DNA from: Candidatus Bathyarchaeota archaeon
Lineage (GTDB): Archaea; Thermoproteota; Bathyarchaeia; Bathyarchaeales; Bathycorpusculaceae
Reading direction: 5' to 3'
DNA: 64,000 nucleotides
Assembly: GCA_963739305.1 (NCBI GenBank)
Contig: CAVTZU010000015.1
Span: forward strand, 60,365 to 124,364
This document shows, piece by piece, positions 1-10,237 of this stretch. The notes under the pieces were generated by a model. It had not been told where the DNA came from, searched no databases, and saw nothing but the letters and a program-made list of their open reading frames with translations. Each line of letters opens with the position of its first letter. Positions within the stretch are counted from its first letter, which is position 1. The translations under genes were made by a program, and so were the position numbers.

Positions 1-2021
1 TGTGGTGCCTGTAAGCGGGAACTCGTAGTATGAGAACACGGGACCCACGGCGGTTACCAGGGTGCCGTTTGGCAACGGGAACAATGCGACCAGGTCGTAT
101 ACGTAGCCTGTGCCCACGTGCAGAATTTGAGGTGGATATTGGAGATCTCCAGGCGGGAACGTTGCGACATCGGCTATCACGGGCGCGTCCAGGATCATTT
201 GATAATCGGCCTCCCTAGCGATGCTGTTCAGCAAGTTTGGGTACCATCCAATGAAGCCTCCGCACATTATCATACAGGAGCTTTGGAGAAATTGAGTTTC
301 GTCGGTTGTAAGTGGCTGTTTCGCTAGTTCTCGTTGGGAGATGTCTTCGAAGGTGCCTGAGTAGTTCGCGATGGTTTCCAGTGAGGAAAGCACGACGCGG
401 TTTGCGTAGATTCCTAGCGTTTTAACTGCGTTGAGTGTTTCTTGCGCGAGCAACTGAAGTCTTGAGTAGAAGGTCGGGTTGGGTTCGACGAATGCCTCTG
501 GGTAGCTGCATGATATTCCGATTCCATACGTTTGTTTTGCGTAGAGTATCGTGTCGTGTCGGAGTTGGGCCCAGCTTCCGAGGGCGGTGTTCAGTTTTTC
601 GTCTTGCCATGCGGTTGTCTTCATGAAGTCTGGGTAGTCGCTGGTGTAGTTTATGTTGACTAGGCTCTGGAGCATGTGTATCCATGATGTGTAGGATGAG
701 TAGGTCCAGTTTTCTTCTGTCAGGCTTTCAAACTCTTGTTGCAGGCTGTTCAAGTTGGCTTGAAAGCCTGTGTAGCTCGAAGTCGGGTGTCAACAGTTGG
801 TAGGCGCGTTGGCTTCCGAGGACGGCGAAGAGGTCTAGGCCTTTGGGGAGGATGCGTCGGTCTTGGGTGCTGTTATAGCCGACTTTGTCCCAGATCAGGT
901 TCTGGAATATGTAGGAGTCGGGCACGAATCTTTGGCCCATGAACTGGAAGACGAGTGGGTAATTTGGCAAAGTGGATCCCGGCGTCTGTGAGATCAGAGC
1001 TTGTGATAGGATTGATTGGCCGTATTCGGGTTTGCTGAGTTCCTGTCTTAGGGTGTTCAAGGCGTTTCCTTGGGTGGCTATATCGAGGTATTCTTGGTGG
1101 TCGCCGAAGGCGTTGTGCAGTGCGGTTTCCAGGCTCAGGAGGTTTATCGAGTCGCTTTTTCCGATGAGGGCGTCGGTGATGTTGTACAGGAGCTGCCAGT
1201 TTTGATATTCATGTTGGTTCCGTTTCATTATGTCCCGGATGTACACGATAGCGACGTCGTCTATGTGTGGGTTGGACCAATCGTAGGTTTCGTTGTTCCT
1301 AGATATGAATACCGGGAACTGGCCGTACCACATCATGGTGTGAAAGTAGTCCTCAAGCTGTGGAACGCCGACATAGTGGCCGCGAACCTTGAACTGGCTG
1401 AAATCATACTTGTACTTCCACATTGTAAGGTGAGACGGGCAGACGCCACATTCCAGCGGACACGAACTGAAGGCTTGCGATGTTGTTGAGGTAGAAGGCA
1501 ACGTCGCTTGACAGTTCCTGTGGCACGGTGACCGTGGTGTTGGTGAGCAGGGACAAGGCAACAGCGAAGTAGACGGTTGAGTTGCTTATGGCCCAGTACT
1601 TCTGTGAGCCGTCATGAGTGATGGCGGCGTAGTCGCTGCACGACGTGTTGTATGCGTATTGTGTCATTTCGAGCAGAATCGGGTAGAATGTTTGGTTCTC
1701 GAGGATTCGAAGGGAGCAGTCGAAGACTACGTGGAACATGTGGAGGATTGAGTCGGTGGTCACTATCACGGGCAGGTCGTCCATGTAGACCATTCCGTAA
1801 TGGTCTTCGAATCTTGGTGTTTTCGAGGAGTCGAGGATTACGAACCCGTACTGGCTGAGCATGTTTTGCTGAGCCTCCGTAAGTCCGAAGACGTTTTTGA
1901 CCTCATCGTAATAGAGTGCTTCTGATGGTGAAAAAGCAGCTTTTACTGGTGAAATGCCAGCGAGGGCTGAGAAGAATAACGATAAAGCGAGGAAAATAAC
2001 GACTAGAATAATTTTCTTCAT
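1..2021 (-). CDS. DUF3160-family secreted protein, two frameshifts, runs off window start
   Basis: Signal peptide MKKIILVVIF; motifs FSQFKVRGHY and FMGQRFVPDSYIF; a third frame read manually gives WQDEKLNTALGSWAQLRHDTILYAKQ; frame changes near 1412 and 779. Confidence 0.75.
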
Positions 2022-2227
2022 GTCTTCATGCGTCCCCCTGAAAGCGTGCTGTCGAAAGGAGACAATGCCGCGCATCCCCGAGACTTCAATCAGCGAGGTT
2101 CTATTTAGTTCTAATCATTGGCACGTCTGGTTCTAGTTGTTAGCACGGTTCACGGTCAGAGTATCGTTCCAACGTGGACTATCGAAAAACCTAAAGCAGT
2201 TGAGTCTGCAATTAGGTCTGAAGAGAA

Positions 2228-2887
2228 ATGAAGCGAATCCTTCTTGTAGTCATAGGTCTGGTATTGATCGCAACAGTAGGGTTGTTATCGTTCTTTGTCT
2301 TCTGGTACGTGCCGAACACGCTTGGCAGACAGTATGTTTCAGTGTCGTTTCAGCCGCTGTTCTACGGCGGGTTTTACGGCGGTGAAAACTTTTTGCATCT
2401 GGTTTATGAGGGCAGAGCAATCAACGCGTCGTTTGTGTCGGTTGCGGTTAACATAACCAACAGTTACTTTGTTCCTGTTCAGTTCGGTTACAACGGGTTC
2501 GACGCGGTTTGGTTGATCTATAGTCAACGTGTCTCTGACCCGTCGGATATCGACGGCAACAGGGCGGCGTTGGTTTATGGGGCGTATTCCAGCTTGAACA
2601 TGTGGATCGAGCGTTACGCAGGGATAAGGGCTTTCTCAACTGGCGGCTACCAAACGTATGATGCTATGAAGAGCTTCGTGAATTTCACGGCAACAATCAA
2701 TCCTGGAACGGCTGTTAGAAATCAGGACTTGTTCTTTACCGGGTCCAACAAGCCTGATTGCTGGTTGGGTCGCTGGTGGCTTAACAATTCTGACGTGTCT
2801 CCTGGCACTTACTTCATGTACTGCATTATTCTAGGCATTCCGACTGGTCCACTGAACGTGACGGTTACTTCAATATCCGACAGTTGA
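2228..2887 (+). CDS. hypothetical membrane-anchored/secreted protein
   Basis: 219-aa ORF with N-terminal hydrophobic helix. Confidence 0.7.
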   Translation: MKRILLVVIGLVLIATVGLLSFFVFWYVPNTLGRQYVSVSFQPLFYGGFYGGENFLHLVYEGRAINASFVSVAVNITNSYFVPVQFGYNGFDAVWLIYSQRVSDPSDIDGNRAALVYGAYSSLNMWIERYAGIRAFSTGGYQTYDAMKSFVNFTATINPGTAVRNQDLFFTGSNKPDCWLGRWWLNNSDVSPGTYFMYCIILGIPTGPLNVTVTSISDS

Positions 2888-3037
2888 TGGCACACACTTG
2901 CCTGAGAAATCGGAAAAGGCCAGCGCGCAAAGTGACTTGTTACATTTTGCTATTCTTCTAGCGTAGACAGAAGTGATTTCAAAATTAATAATTGTTACAA
3001 AACCCTTGTAGAAAAAAGCGCGCTATGTGGAAGCGGA

Positions 3038-3172
3038 TTACTTCAACCCATCCTTGTACCATTTGCCGCACTGTTTACTTTGAGACTCTTTAGAAGATTC
3101 GTCTCGGAGGAAAACCCGATACTTCCTGCAGAAACCTTCGCCCCTGAACTCTGGACAGTTGTCACATGGCAT
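3038..3172 (-). CDS. small Cys-rich hypothetical protein
   Basis: MPCDNCPEF..C..C, 44 aa, C-terminal part of the longer track ORF. Confidence 0.35.
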   Translation of the reverse strand: MPCDNCPEFRGEGFCRKYRVFLRDESSKESQSKQCGKWYKDGLK

Positions 3173-3440
3173 TTTCGGCGTTTTACTGCCTTCTTGATTC
3201 GTCAGGAAAGTCAGCCGCTCCCCATGTTTCCTCTTGCCACAACTAGTATTTATAGCACATGGGAATCGAGCTGGACACGCAACTTCTCGCCTGACAAAAA
3301 TGCCGCCAAGCTGTCTTTGTTGGAACACATGTGCCAGAGATCTAGAGGAATCTCTAGAATTTTGCACTAGCTCTTCTGTTACAAAGCGTTCACTTAGATC
3401 ATGATATATAGAGCGGAAATATAGGAACATCAACTTCAGG

Positions 3441-4013
3441 TTGGTGAGTTTTGTGAAGGCTGAAATTGGAGCGAGAAACTGTCTGTATCCGATGCCAACG
3501 ACTCTGGTTGGAGCGTTGGTGGATGGAAAACCGAACTATGTCACGATCGCGCACGTTGGGATCATGGATCCCGGGTCGGTTTCATTGGGAATGAACAAGA
3601 TGCACTTTACCAACGTAGGCATAAGAGCGAATGGGACGTTCAGTGTGAACATTCCTTCGGTGAAGATGGTTGAGGAGACTGATTATTGCGGTTTGGTTTC
3701 AGGCAAGAACCTGGATAAATCGGGGCTTTTCAAAACGTTTTTTGGGAAGCTGAGGACGGCGCCGATGATTGAGGAGTGCCCGATTAATATGGAGTGCAAA
3801 CTGACGAGGACGGTTGATTTTCCGAGTCATGACATTTTCATAGGCGAAGTCGTTGCGACTTATTGTGATGAAGGAGTTCTCTCGGATGGAATCGTTGACT
3901 TGGCGAAGGTGGAGCCTATTCTTTTCGCGATGAATGATCGAAGTTACTGGAAGCTGGGTGGAAGATTCGCCAAGGCTTGGAGCATAGGCAACAAGCTCAA
4001 GGACAGGAAATAG
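3441..4013 (+). CDS. flavin reductase family protein (flavoredoxin-like)
   Basis: LYPMPTTLVG, FSVNIPS, DYCGLVSG, APMIEECPINMEC, HDIFIGEV. Confidence 0.9.
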   Translation: MVSFVKAEIGARNCLYPMPTTLVGALVDGKPNYVTIAHVGIMDPGSVSLGMNKMHFTNVGIRANGTFSVNIPSVKMVEETDYCGLVSGKNLDKSGLFKTFFGKLRTAPMIEECPINMECKLTRTVDFPSHDIFIGEVVATYCDEGVLSDGIVDLAKVEPILFAMNDRSYWKLGGRFAKAWSIGNKLKDRK

Positions 4014-4042
4014 GGCGCGTTTTTTTGCGGTTTATGATTGGG

Positions 4043-4426
4043 TTAGATGGTGATAACGCGGTAGTTGTCGTCTCTTAGATAGTCGGTTAGTGGTTTACCC
4101 ATGTACTTGACTTCTATGCCAAGTCGTCTTAGGTTGTTTGAAACTCCGTACATGTCTGAGCATTTCTTGCAGGCTAACAATTTCACGCCAGCCTCCTTCA
4201 TTTCGATCACGTGTTCTTGCAGTTCCGTGTCTGCGGCGAGAAGCTTAGCGGAAGGACCCCACACGATGAGGGAAACTTCTTTCCAACCCCACTTGAAACG
4301 CTTGCAGTTGAAGGTGTACATGAACGCCATTTTCAAGGCTACTTCTCGGTCTCCACTTGTCCAGAGAATAACTAGTTCATCTGGTTTGGAAGGCCTATTC
4401 CCTTGACTTGATTCTTTGTCTTTCAA
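4043..4426 (-). CDS. DsrE family protein
   Basis: LVILWTSGDRE, LIVWGPS, ACKKCSD. Confidence 0.8.
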   Translation of the reverse strand: MKDKESSQGNRPSKPDELVILWTSGDREVALKMAFMYTFNCKRFKWGWKEVSLIVWGPSAKLLAADTELQEHVIEMKEAGVKLLACKKCSDMYGVSNNLRRLGIEVKYMGKPLTDYLRDDNYRVITI

Positions 4427-4619
4427 ATTTATTCCCGCCCGGATCTTTTGTGACAGATATTCTTCTTAACGGATATTAGACATTCATCTACAAAAGTTTT
4501 GGTTTGGTGCGTCTTGAGGAATTATGCGTAGGGGCCTGACGAGCAAAATTCAAATAAGGTCCAACTTGCAAGTATCCATCCTCCGATTCGAGCTGTCTGG
4601 GCTTAAGCATTCAGAGGGT

Positions 4620-6548
4620 ATGATGGAAATGTTTGGTTTTAGAGGGCAATTATTGCGGGTTAATCTTTCCGAGAAGAAAATCACGAAAGATGCGTTCGAG
4701 GAGGCTGATGCGAGGAAATTTCTGGGCGGACGAGGCTTGGCAGCCAAGATATTGTTCGATGAGCTCGAGCCTGGAATTGATCCGTTGGGGCCGGAGAACA
4801 AGCTGGTTTATGCTACGGGACCGTTTGCGGGAACCGGTTTCCCCTTGAACTCTCGCTGGATCGTTGCTGCAAAGTCGCCCTTGACTGGAATCTGGGGTGA
4901 AGCTTCCTGCGGCGGCACGTTCGCTGTTCAGTTGAGGAAGGCTGGGTATGACGCGTTGGTCGTCGAGGGCGCAGCTTCGTCTCCGGCATACCTGGATATA
5001 TTGGATGACAGTGTCCGATTCAGAGACGCTTCTCACCTGTGGGGAAAAATGACTCTTGACACTGAAGAAGCGATAGCTCGTGATCTCGGGATTGAAACGC
5101 GCAGAGAAGACGATCCAGCAATCGTCTGTATCGGTCCTGCTGGAGAGAAGCTGGTGAAGATGGCAAACGTGATCCACACCGCTCATCGCGCTGCAGGCAG
5201 GACGGGGTTGGGAGCGGTAATGGGCTCCAAGAAACTCAAGGCCGTAGCAGTTCGGGGAACCAAGAGCATTCCTGTGGCTGACGCGGAGGGTCTGAAGAAG
5301 CTGACGAAGAGCATGGTTACTGAGTGCCTTACGAACAAGAGTCTGGTTTATTTTTCGAAGTATGGGCAGGCTGGGTTGGTGGATGTTTTGAACGAGAGCG
5401 GTATTCTTCCGACCAAGAATTTCCAGAATGGGACGTTTGAGAGTTATGAGAAGATCAGTGGTAGGGCGATGGCTGAGACGATTCTGAAGAAGAAAAATGC
5501 TTGTTCTCAGTGTCCTGTGGCATGCAAAAGAATTGTGGAGGTTAATCAGGGACCTTACGCGCCTATCGAGGCAGGTTACGGTGGTCCTGAATATGAGAAT
5601 GTTGCCTCCTTGGGTTCGCTTCTTCTGATAGGTGATCTGGAGGCGGTTTCGAAGGAGAATCAGATGTGTAACGCGTATGGAATTGACACGATCTCGGTAG
5701 GTGTGATAATCGCTTGGCTGATGGAGTGCTACGAGAAAGGAATAATCACGAAGAAAGACATCGATGGCATCGAAGCGACATGGGGCAACGCTGAAGCTGC
5801 CCTGAAACTCATAGAGAAAATGTCCTTGCGCGAGGGGATTGGGAATCTTCTCGCCGAAGGTATCAGGAAGGCCGCTGCTAAGATAGGCAGAGGATCAGAG
5901 AAGTACGCGATGGAGGTTAAGGGCCTGGAAATCCCGATGCATGAGCCCAGGGGGAAGAAAGGCGTCGGTTTGGCGTACGCGGTTTCCGCGAGGGGAGCGT
6001 GTCACATGCAGGCTTTTCATGACACGGACATCGAAGCTGAAAATGTGGCGCCTGAAATCGGAATCGCGGGAGGACTGAACAGACACGACACGTCCAGAGG
6101 TAAGGTTGACATGATCAAGAAATCACAGGACTGGGTCGCCATCACCAACTCCCTCTGCCTTTGCACGGCGCCCGCTTGGGTCGGGTTTGAGTACACGAAG
6201 CCTTCGTTCCTGGTTAAGGCATTGAACGCTGTTACCGGGATGAACTTCACGGTGAACGAGTTGATGACGATAGGGGAGAGAATGAACAATCTGTGCCGAT
6301 GCTTCAACGTCAGGGACGGCATAACCAGGAAAGACGATTATCTGCCGCGAAGATTCATGGAAGAACCCTTGCCAGATGGACCGTCACGGGGACAGCGAAT
6401 AACCAACGAGGAACTGCAAAAAATGCTCGACGATTATTATGAGCTCAGAGGGTGGAGTAAGAGCACAGGGATTCCGAACAAAGGAAAACTCTTGGAACTC
6501 GGGCTTGAGCGCGCAGCAAAAGCCATAGAAAAACAGCTGCTAGAATAG
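4620..6548 (+). CDS. aor: tungsten-dependent aldehyde ferredoxin oxidoreductase family protein
   Basis: LGGRGL, KSPLTG, GRTGLGAVMGSKKLKA, CxxCxxxC, GPEYE, GIDTIS, DDYLP. Confidence 0.93.
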   Translation: MMEMFGFRGQLLRVNLSEKKITKDAFEEADARKFLGGRGLAAKILFDELEPGIDPLGPENKLVYATGPFAGTGFPLNSRWIVAAKSPLTGIWGEASCGGTFAVQLRKAGYDALVVEGAASSPAYLDILDDSVRFRDASHLWGKMTLDTEEAIARDLGIETRREDDPAIVCIGPAGEKLVKMANVIHTAHRAAGRTGLGAVMGSKKLKAVAVRGTKSIPVADAEGLKKLTKSMVTECLTNKSLVYFSKYGQAGLVDVLNESGILPTKNFQNGTFESYEKISGRAMAETILKKKNACSQCPVACKRIVEVNQGPYAPIEAGYGGPEYENVASLGSLLLIGDLEAVSKENQMCNAYGIDTISVGVIIAWLMECYEKGIITKKDIDGIEATWGNAEAALKLIEKMSLREGIGNLLAEGIRKAAAKIGRGSEKYAMEVKGLEIPMHEPRGKKGVGLAYAVSARGACHMQAFHDTDIEAENVAPEIGIAGGLNRHDTSRGKVDMIKKSQDWVAITNSLCLCTAPAWVGFEYTKPSFLVKALNAVTGMNFTVNELMTIGERMNNLCRCFNVRDGITRKDDYLPRRFMEEPLPDGPSRGQRITNEELQKMLDDYYELRGWSKSTGIPNKGKLLELGLERAAKAIEKQLLE

Positions 6549-6654
6549 AAGAACGTCGGCTCCTCGCGAGATAGTTAGCTCTTCTGGAAGCGTTGGCAAC
6601 ATTGACGCGCGCAATCCTTGAAAAGTGCGTGGGCTTTTGGAAATCCTTATAAGT

Positions 6655-6686
6655 ATGAAGAATTATTCATATGAATAATGTTTCAT
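6655..6686. promoter_or_regulatory. palindromic operator, probably for the ArsR regulator
   Basis: ATGAAGAATTATTCAT-ATGAATAATGTTTCAT, 32-bp imperfect palindrome with a perfect 18-bp core, next to TTATAA and just upstream of the arsR-like gene. Confidence 0.7.
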
Positions 6687-6700
6687 GTGAGTTGACGCGG

Positions 6701-7075
6701 ATGAAAAGAGACTTATCCGAAACGTGCTACGTGTTTTTCAAGGTTCTGGCAAACCCGACGAGACTTGCAGTTCTGGAAGCGCTTCGCGAGAAGCCGAGAA
6801 GCGTCACTGAAATCGCGGACTGTTTGAAGCAGGAGCAGAGCATGATTTCTCATAATCTTGGTGCTTTAGAGGACTGCAGGTTTGTTTTTTCTGAAAGGAA
6901 GGAGAAGCAGCGAATCTATTCGCTTAACAAGGAAATCGCTGAACCCTTGTTTGAACTGTTTGCTTATCATTCGCAGAAGTATTGTCCGACTCGTGGAAAG
7001 TGTCTCACTCAACGCGGGCTGAAAGAGCTGAGAAAGAAGGAGGCTTCCGGTCGGCTTCACGTGACCCATGAATGA
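6701..7075 (+). CDS. ArsR/SmtB family transcriptional regulator
   Basis: FKVLANPTRL, SVTEIA, QSMISHNL, RIYSL. Confidence 0.9.
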   Translation: MKRDLSETCYVFFKVLANPTRLAVLEALREKPRSVTEIADCLKQEQSMISHNLGALEDCRFVFSERKEKQRIYSLNKEIAEPLFELFAYHSQKYCPTRGKCLTQRGLKELRKKEASGRLHVTHE

Positions 7076-7093
7076 CGATGGAGGTGATGGTCG

Positions 7094-7456
7094 TTGAAAG
7101 ATGACAAATTCCTTCTGTATGTTCAAACGAGCGACAATCCAGAAAGACAGTATTCCCCACTTGTTCTTGCTCAGACCGCGAAAGCCATGGGCTTGAAACC
7201 CAAACTGTACTATTTGGGTCAGGGACTTAGAATTCTGCTTCCAGGAGCAGCTGAGAAGATAAAACTCGGAACGTTCCCAACAGTCGCGGAGATGCTTCAG
7301 AAAACAATGCAAGCAGGAATCGAGGTAGACGTGTGTGAAGCTTCCAAACAAATGCTGGGATGGGAAAAGGTCAATCTGATTAAGGGCGTCAAGATCGTGG
7401 GCGCTGCCACGCTGAACGATCTTGCTCTGGAAGCTGCCGCAACGATGTGGTTCTAG
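7094..7456 (+). CDS. DsrE/DsrF-like protein
   Basis: LVLAQTAKAMG, VDVCEAS, VKIVGAATL. Confidence 0.8.
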   Translation: MKDDKFLLYVQTSDNPERQYSPLVLAQTAKAMGLKPKLYYLGQGLRILLPGAAEKIKLGTFPTVAEMLQKTMQAGIEVDVCEASKQMLGWEKVNLIKGVKIVGAATLNDLALEAAATMWF

Positions 7457-7494
7457 ACTGATTGTATGTGAGAGTTGGAAATGGAGGTGATTGT

Positions 7495-7668
7495 ATGAGT
7501 AAAGGTAAGATGAAGACGACGACGTGCCCGGAATGCGGGTGGACTGTGAAGTCGCCGTGGGGAGAGAATGACGTGGTGGATCACGTTACGCTTCACGCGA
7601 AGAACCATCATCCGGAGATGCTGAAGCACAGCAAGGAAGATTTCAAGAAGATGATAAAGGACGCATAG
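7495..7668 (+). CDS. DUF1059-like small metal-binding protein
   Basis: CPECGW...HAKNHH; SD GGAGGTG upstream. Confidence 0.7.
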   Translation: MSKGKMKTTTCPECGWTVKSPWGENDVVDHVTLHAKNHHPEMLKHSKEDFKKMIKDA

Positions 7669-7833
7669 ACGAATCGTACACGCGTGTGTTTGAGTATTGC
7701 ATAGAGCCTTGATTCCCAGTTTCCCCATTTTTTGCATTATCTCTAAGGCGTGCAGACAAAGCACGTCTGTATACAAATGACATTGGCACGGTCTAGCGTG
7801 AAAAACATGAAACTAGAAAGGAGGCGATAATTC

Positions 7834-8238
7834 ATGTCTAAAAACCTGCAGACTCCAGAAGCGCATCATGAGGAATTGGTCAAGGGACTTTACGATCAGA
7901 TGAAGCCGGTATTGGATGGGTCGGAGCAGCCGATATTCATTTATCTGGACGACAATCACAAAGCCTGCAATAATAGACTTGCTTCTATGTTAGGTTTCAA
8001 ATCACCAAAGGAATGGGCTGAAAAGCCAGGCTTTCTGGAAGTCTATGTAGCCGAGAAAAGTCGGGAAACGCTGTCTTCGGCTTACTGGGATGCTATGAAG
8101 AAAATGGCAGCTTCAACAATTCAACTAACTTGGATGAAGAAAGACGGAGCAACCATAGACTCAACGATGATATTAGTCCCAATGTTCTTCCAAGGACACC
8201 TTTTCGCGGTTCACTTCGTATCGAACGTGCGCAAATGA
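7834..8238 (+). CDS. stand-alone PAS-domain-like protein
   Basis: PIFIYLDD..ACNNRLASMLGF, WMKKDG. Confidence 0.6.
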   Translation: MSKNLQTPEAHHEELVKGLYDQMKPVLDGSEQPIFIYLDDNHKACNNRLASMLGFKSPKEWAEKPGFLEVYVAEKSRETLSSAYWDAMKKMAASTIQLTWMKKDGATIDSTMILVPMFFQGHLFAVHFVSNVRK

Positions 8239-8407
8239 GCAATTTCGAATTAAGGTCTCAGACGCATCCTCTTGAAGCGAGATCCAGCTTTCAACCCTTT
8301 TTCTTTCGCGGGTTCCTTTTTTTCACAGACTTTCTTTAGCGCGCGCGTGCTAGAGAATGAGGTTTTTGCTTCTTAGGATTTTAAAGCTGCAGATTGGAAC
8401 GCTTAGA

Positions 8408-9046
8408 CTATCTAATCTTAAGAGGTCTGCAGTAGAATTGATTGAAGCCAGCAAGCAGGGAAGAACCGCTCTTGAGGCCGGTGTAACAGTGTTCTTCGAT
8501 GGTCAAATCGTCAATCATGCGGTGTTTCTGGTAGTCTTCCTGGGTTTTCCATCCCATGAATCCGACAAATTCAGCAGGGTTGTAGTAATCATAAAAAGTG
8601 CGGCAAGAACAGAGTCCTCCAACAGAATGCAAATCCTTGTGCAGTCCAGGTGCCATTTTGTACCATTGATCCAGTTTTTTGGTTGCCACAAGGCCATGGC
8701 AGATCACGACCATTTGAGGTGGATTTTCACCGGGCGGTGTGTACGAAACTTCTTCGATCTCCTTGCAGAAGATTTCAAAGTAAAGTCCAGGTTGAAAGTA
8801 GGCTGCGCCAATCCTGTCGTCTCTTCTCACTTTCATGATGCTTTGAGCTGCATCGTTGTGAGCTTTCTCTTCTGTCCACTTTGTGTTGCTCCAGATAATG
8901 TGTGGTTGTTGGATGCACTGATAAAAATCTCTTTCGAGGACTCCTATTTCCCGAGTGAACCTTTTCTCAGCCTCGCGGAAACCGTCGATCTGTTTTTCAA
9001 GTTCGCCTTCGGGCACGATGGCTGTGCAAATAGTGAACATTGTCAT
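8408..9046 (-). CDS. hypothetical protein, probable duplicated ABM/dimeric alpha-beta barrel fold
   Basis: Two repeats with W-T-EE-A-H and W-K-T-QEDY-H patterns. Confidence 0.55.
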   Translation of the reverse strand: MTMFTICTAIVPEGELEKQIDGFREAEKRFTREIGVLERDFYQCIQQPHIIWSNTKWTEEKAHNDAAQSIMKVRRDDRIGAAYFQPGLYFEIFCKEIEEVSYTPPGENPPQMVVICHGLVATKKLDQWYKMAPGLHKDLHSVGGLCSCRTFYDYYNPAEFVGFMGWKTQEDYQKHRMIDDLTIEEHCYTGLKSGSSLLAGFNQFYCRPLKIR

Positions 9047-9151
9047 CCTTTTCCAACCAGCATTTTCTAGGTATCTTGAACCTCTGTGGGATATAAGTCC
9101 AGCGCGAGTGTTGTTGGCGACATCTGAGGAGTGTTTGGAATGTGATGCTGG

Positions 9152-9406
9152 TCAGTGTATGGCGCCACAGTTGGGGCATTTGTCAAGGGTCTCGTCGTAC
9201 TGGCCGCCGCAGTAACTGCATCTGACTTTGACGATGACTTCTTTTTTCACTATTTCCTCTCTGACTATTTGTTGTTGTGTCTCGGGTGGCGGCGGGTTTG
9301 GGAGCGGCTTGTTCCTGGAGCGGCTTATTCTGATGATGAGATAAGTAATTGTTGCTATGATGGCGGCTGCGAGAATCAGGAAGGTCGGCATAACAATGAC
9401 CATCAA
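9152..9406 (-). CDS. membrane protein with C-terminal zinc ribbon
   Basis: TM helix, Pro-rich linker, CSYC..CPNC. Confidence 0.7.
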   Translation of the reverse strand: MMVIVMPTFLILAAAIIATITYLIIRISRSRNKPLPNPPPPETQQQIVREEIVKKEVIVKVRCSYCGGQYDETLDKCPNCGAIH

Positions 9407-9605
9407 AGCGTCTTACCGAAACGACAATTACACTTGGAGTTATAATAGACTTTCTCTCTGAACCTTAGCGCGCAGTCTTTGATTGGTTTCTCTGTCACTA
9501 ATACAGGCTGAACTCGTTAGATGGGAAACTGAGATTGCGGGCATTAAGGCTTAAAAACCTGTTAGGTTAACGTAGTTCTGCAGAGTTGAAGGAAGCGTTA
9601 CTGAC

Positions 9606-10073
9606 ATGAAAGTTTTAGTTGCGTATGACACGGTCTCAGTTGGCAAGATGACCGGACAAGTGGCCGAAATTATCAAGGAAACCTTGAAAGACAACGGATT
9701 TGACGTGGATTCTTTTTACGTCAAGGACATCGATGTGGCGACGGTTAAGAATTATGATGTTTTGATTGCGGGTGGGCCGACGATGGCTTTTAGGCCTTCA
9801 ACTGGGATTATGGAGTTTCTGAACGGTCTTGCTGATGGGGGGTTTTCGGGGAAGAGGGCGGCTGCGTTTGACACTCAGTTGCAGATGATGATAAGTGGAA
9901 ACGCAACTAAAAGCATAGAAAAGAAGTTGAAGAACCTTGGCTTTACCGTATTCAAGCAGCCACTGGTTGTTTACGTAGAAAGCAAAGGCAAGAACGTTTG
10001 GCAGTTCAAACCGGGCGAGCTGGAGAAAGCCAAGACCTGGGCACAAGAAGCGGCCAAAGCACTTAATGAATAG
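9606..10073 (+). CDS. flavodoxin family protein
   Basis: KVLVAYDT, LIAGGPT, GKRAAAFDT. Confidence 0.88.
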   Translation: MKVLVAYDTVSVGKMTGQVAEIIKETLKDNGFDVDSFYVKDIDVATVKNYDVLIAGGPTMAFRPSTGIMEFLNGLADGGFSGKRAAAFDTQLQMMISGNATKSIEKKLKNLGFTVFKQPLVVYVESKGKNVWQFKPGELEKAKTWAQEAAKALNE

Positions 10074-10237
10074 AAGCAGCAAGTCCTGCTTTCGTGAGCG
10101 CTGCAGAGTGATCTTGAGATAATAGAGTGCGTGGTGTCCGTCTCTTTCCTCGTTTCTTGTGCACGCTATTATCAAAAAGAGCTAAGATTGGTATCGGATA
10201 TGAGTAGTAGCGTGCGCTTGAAAAGAAAAAGGGGGGT

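Noticed and set aside
8357-9070. 237-aa plus-strand ORF
   Set aside because: Antisense to the more protein-like 8408-9046 ORF
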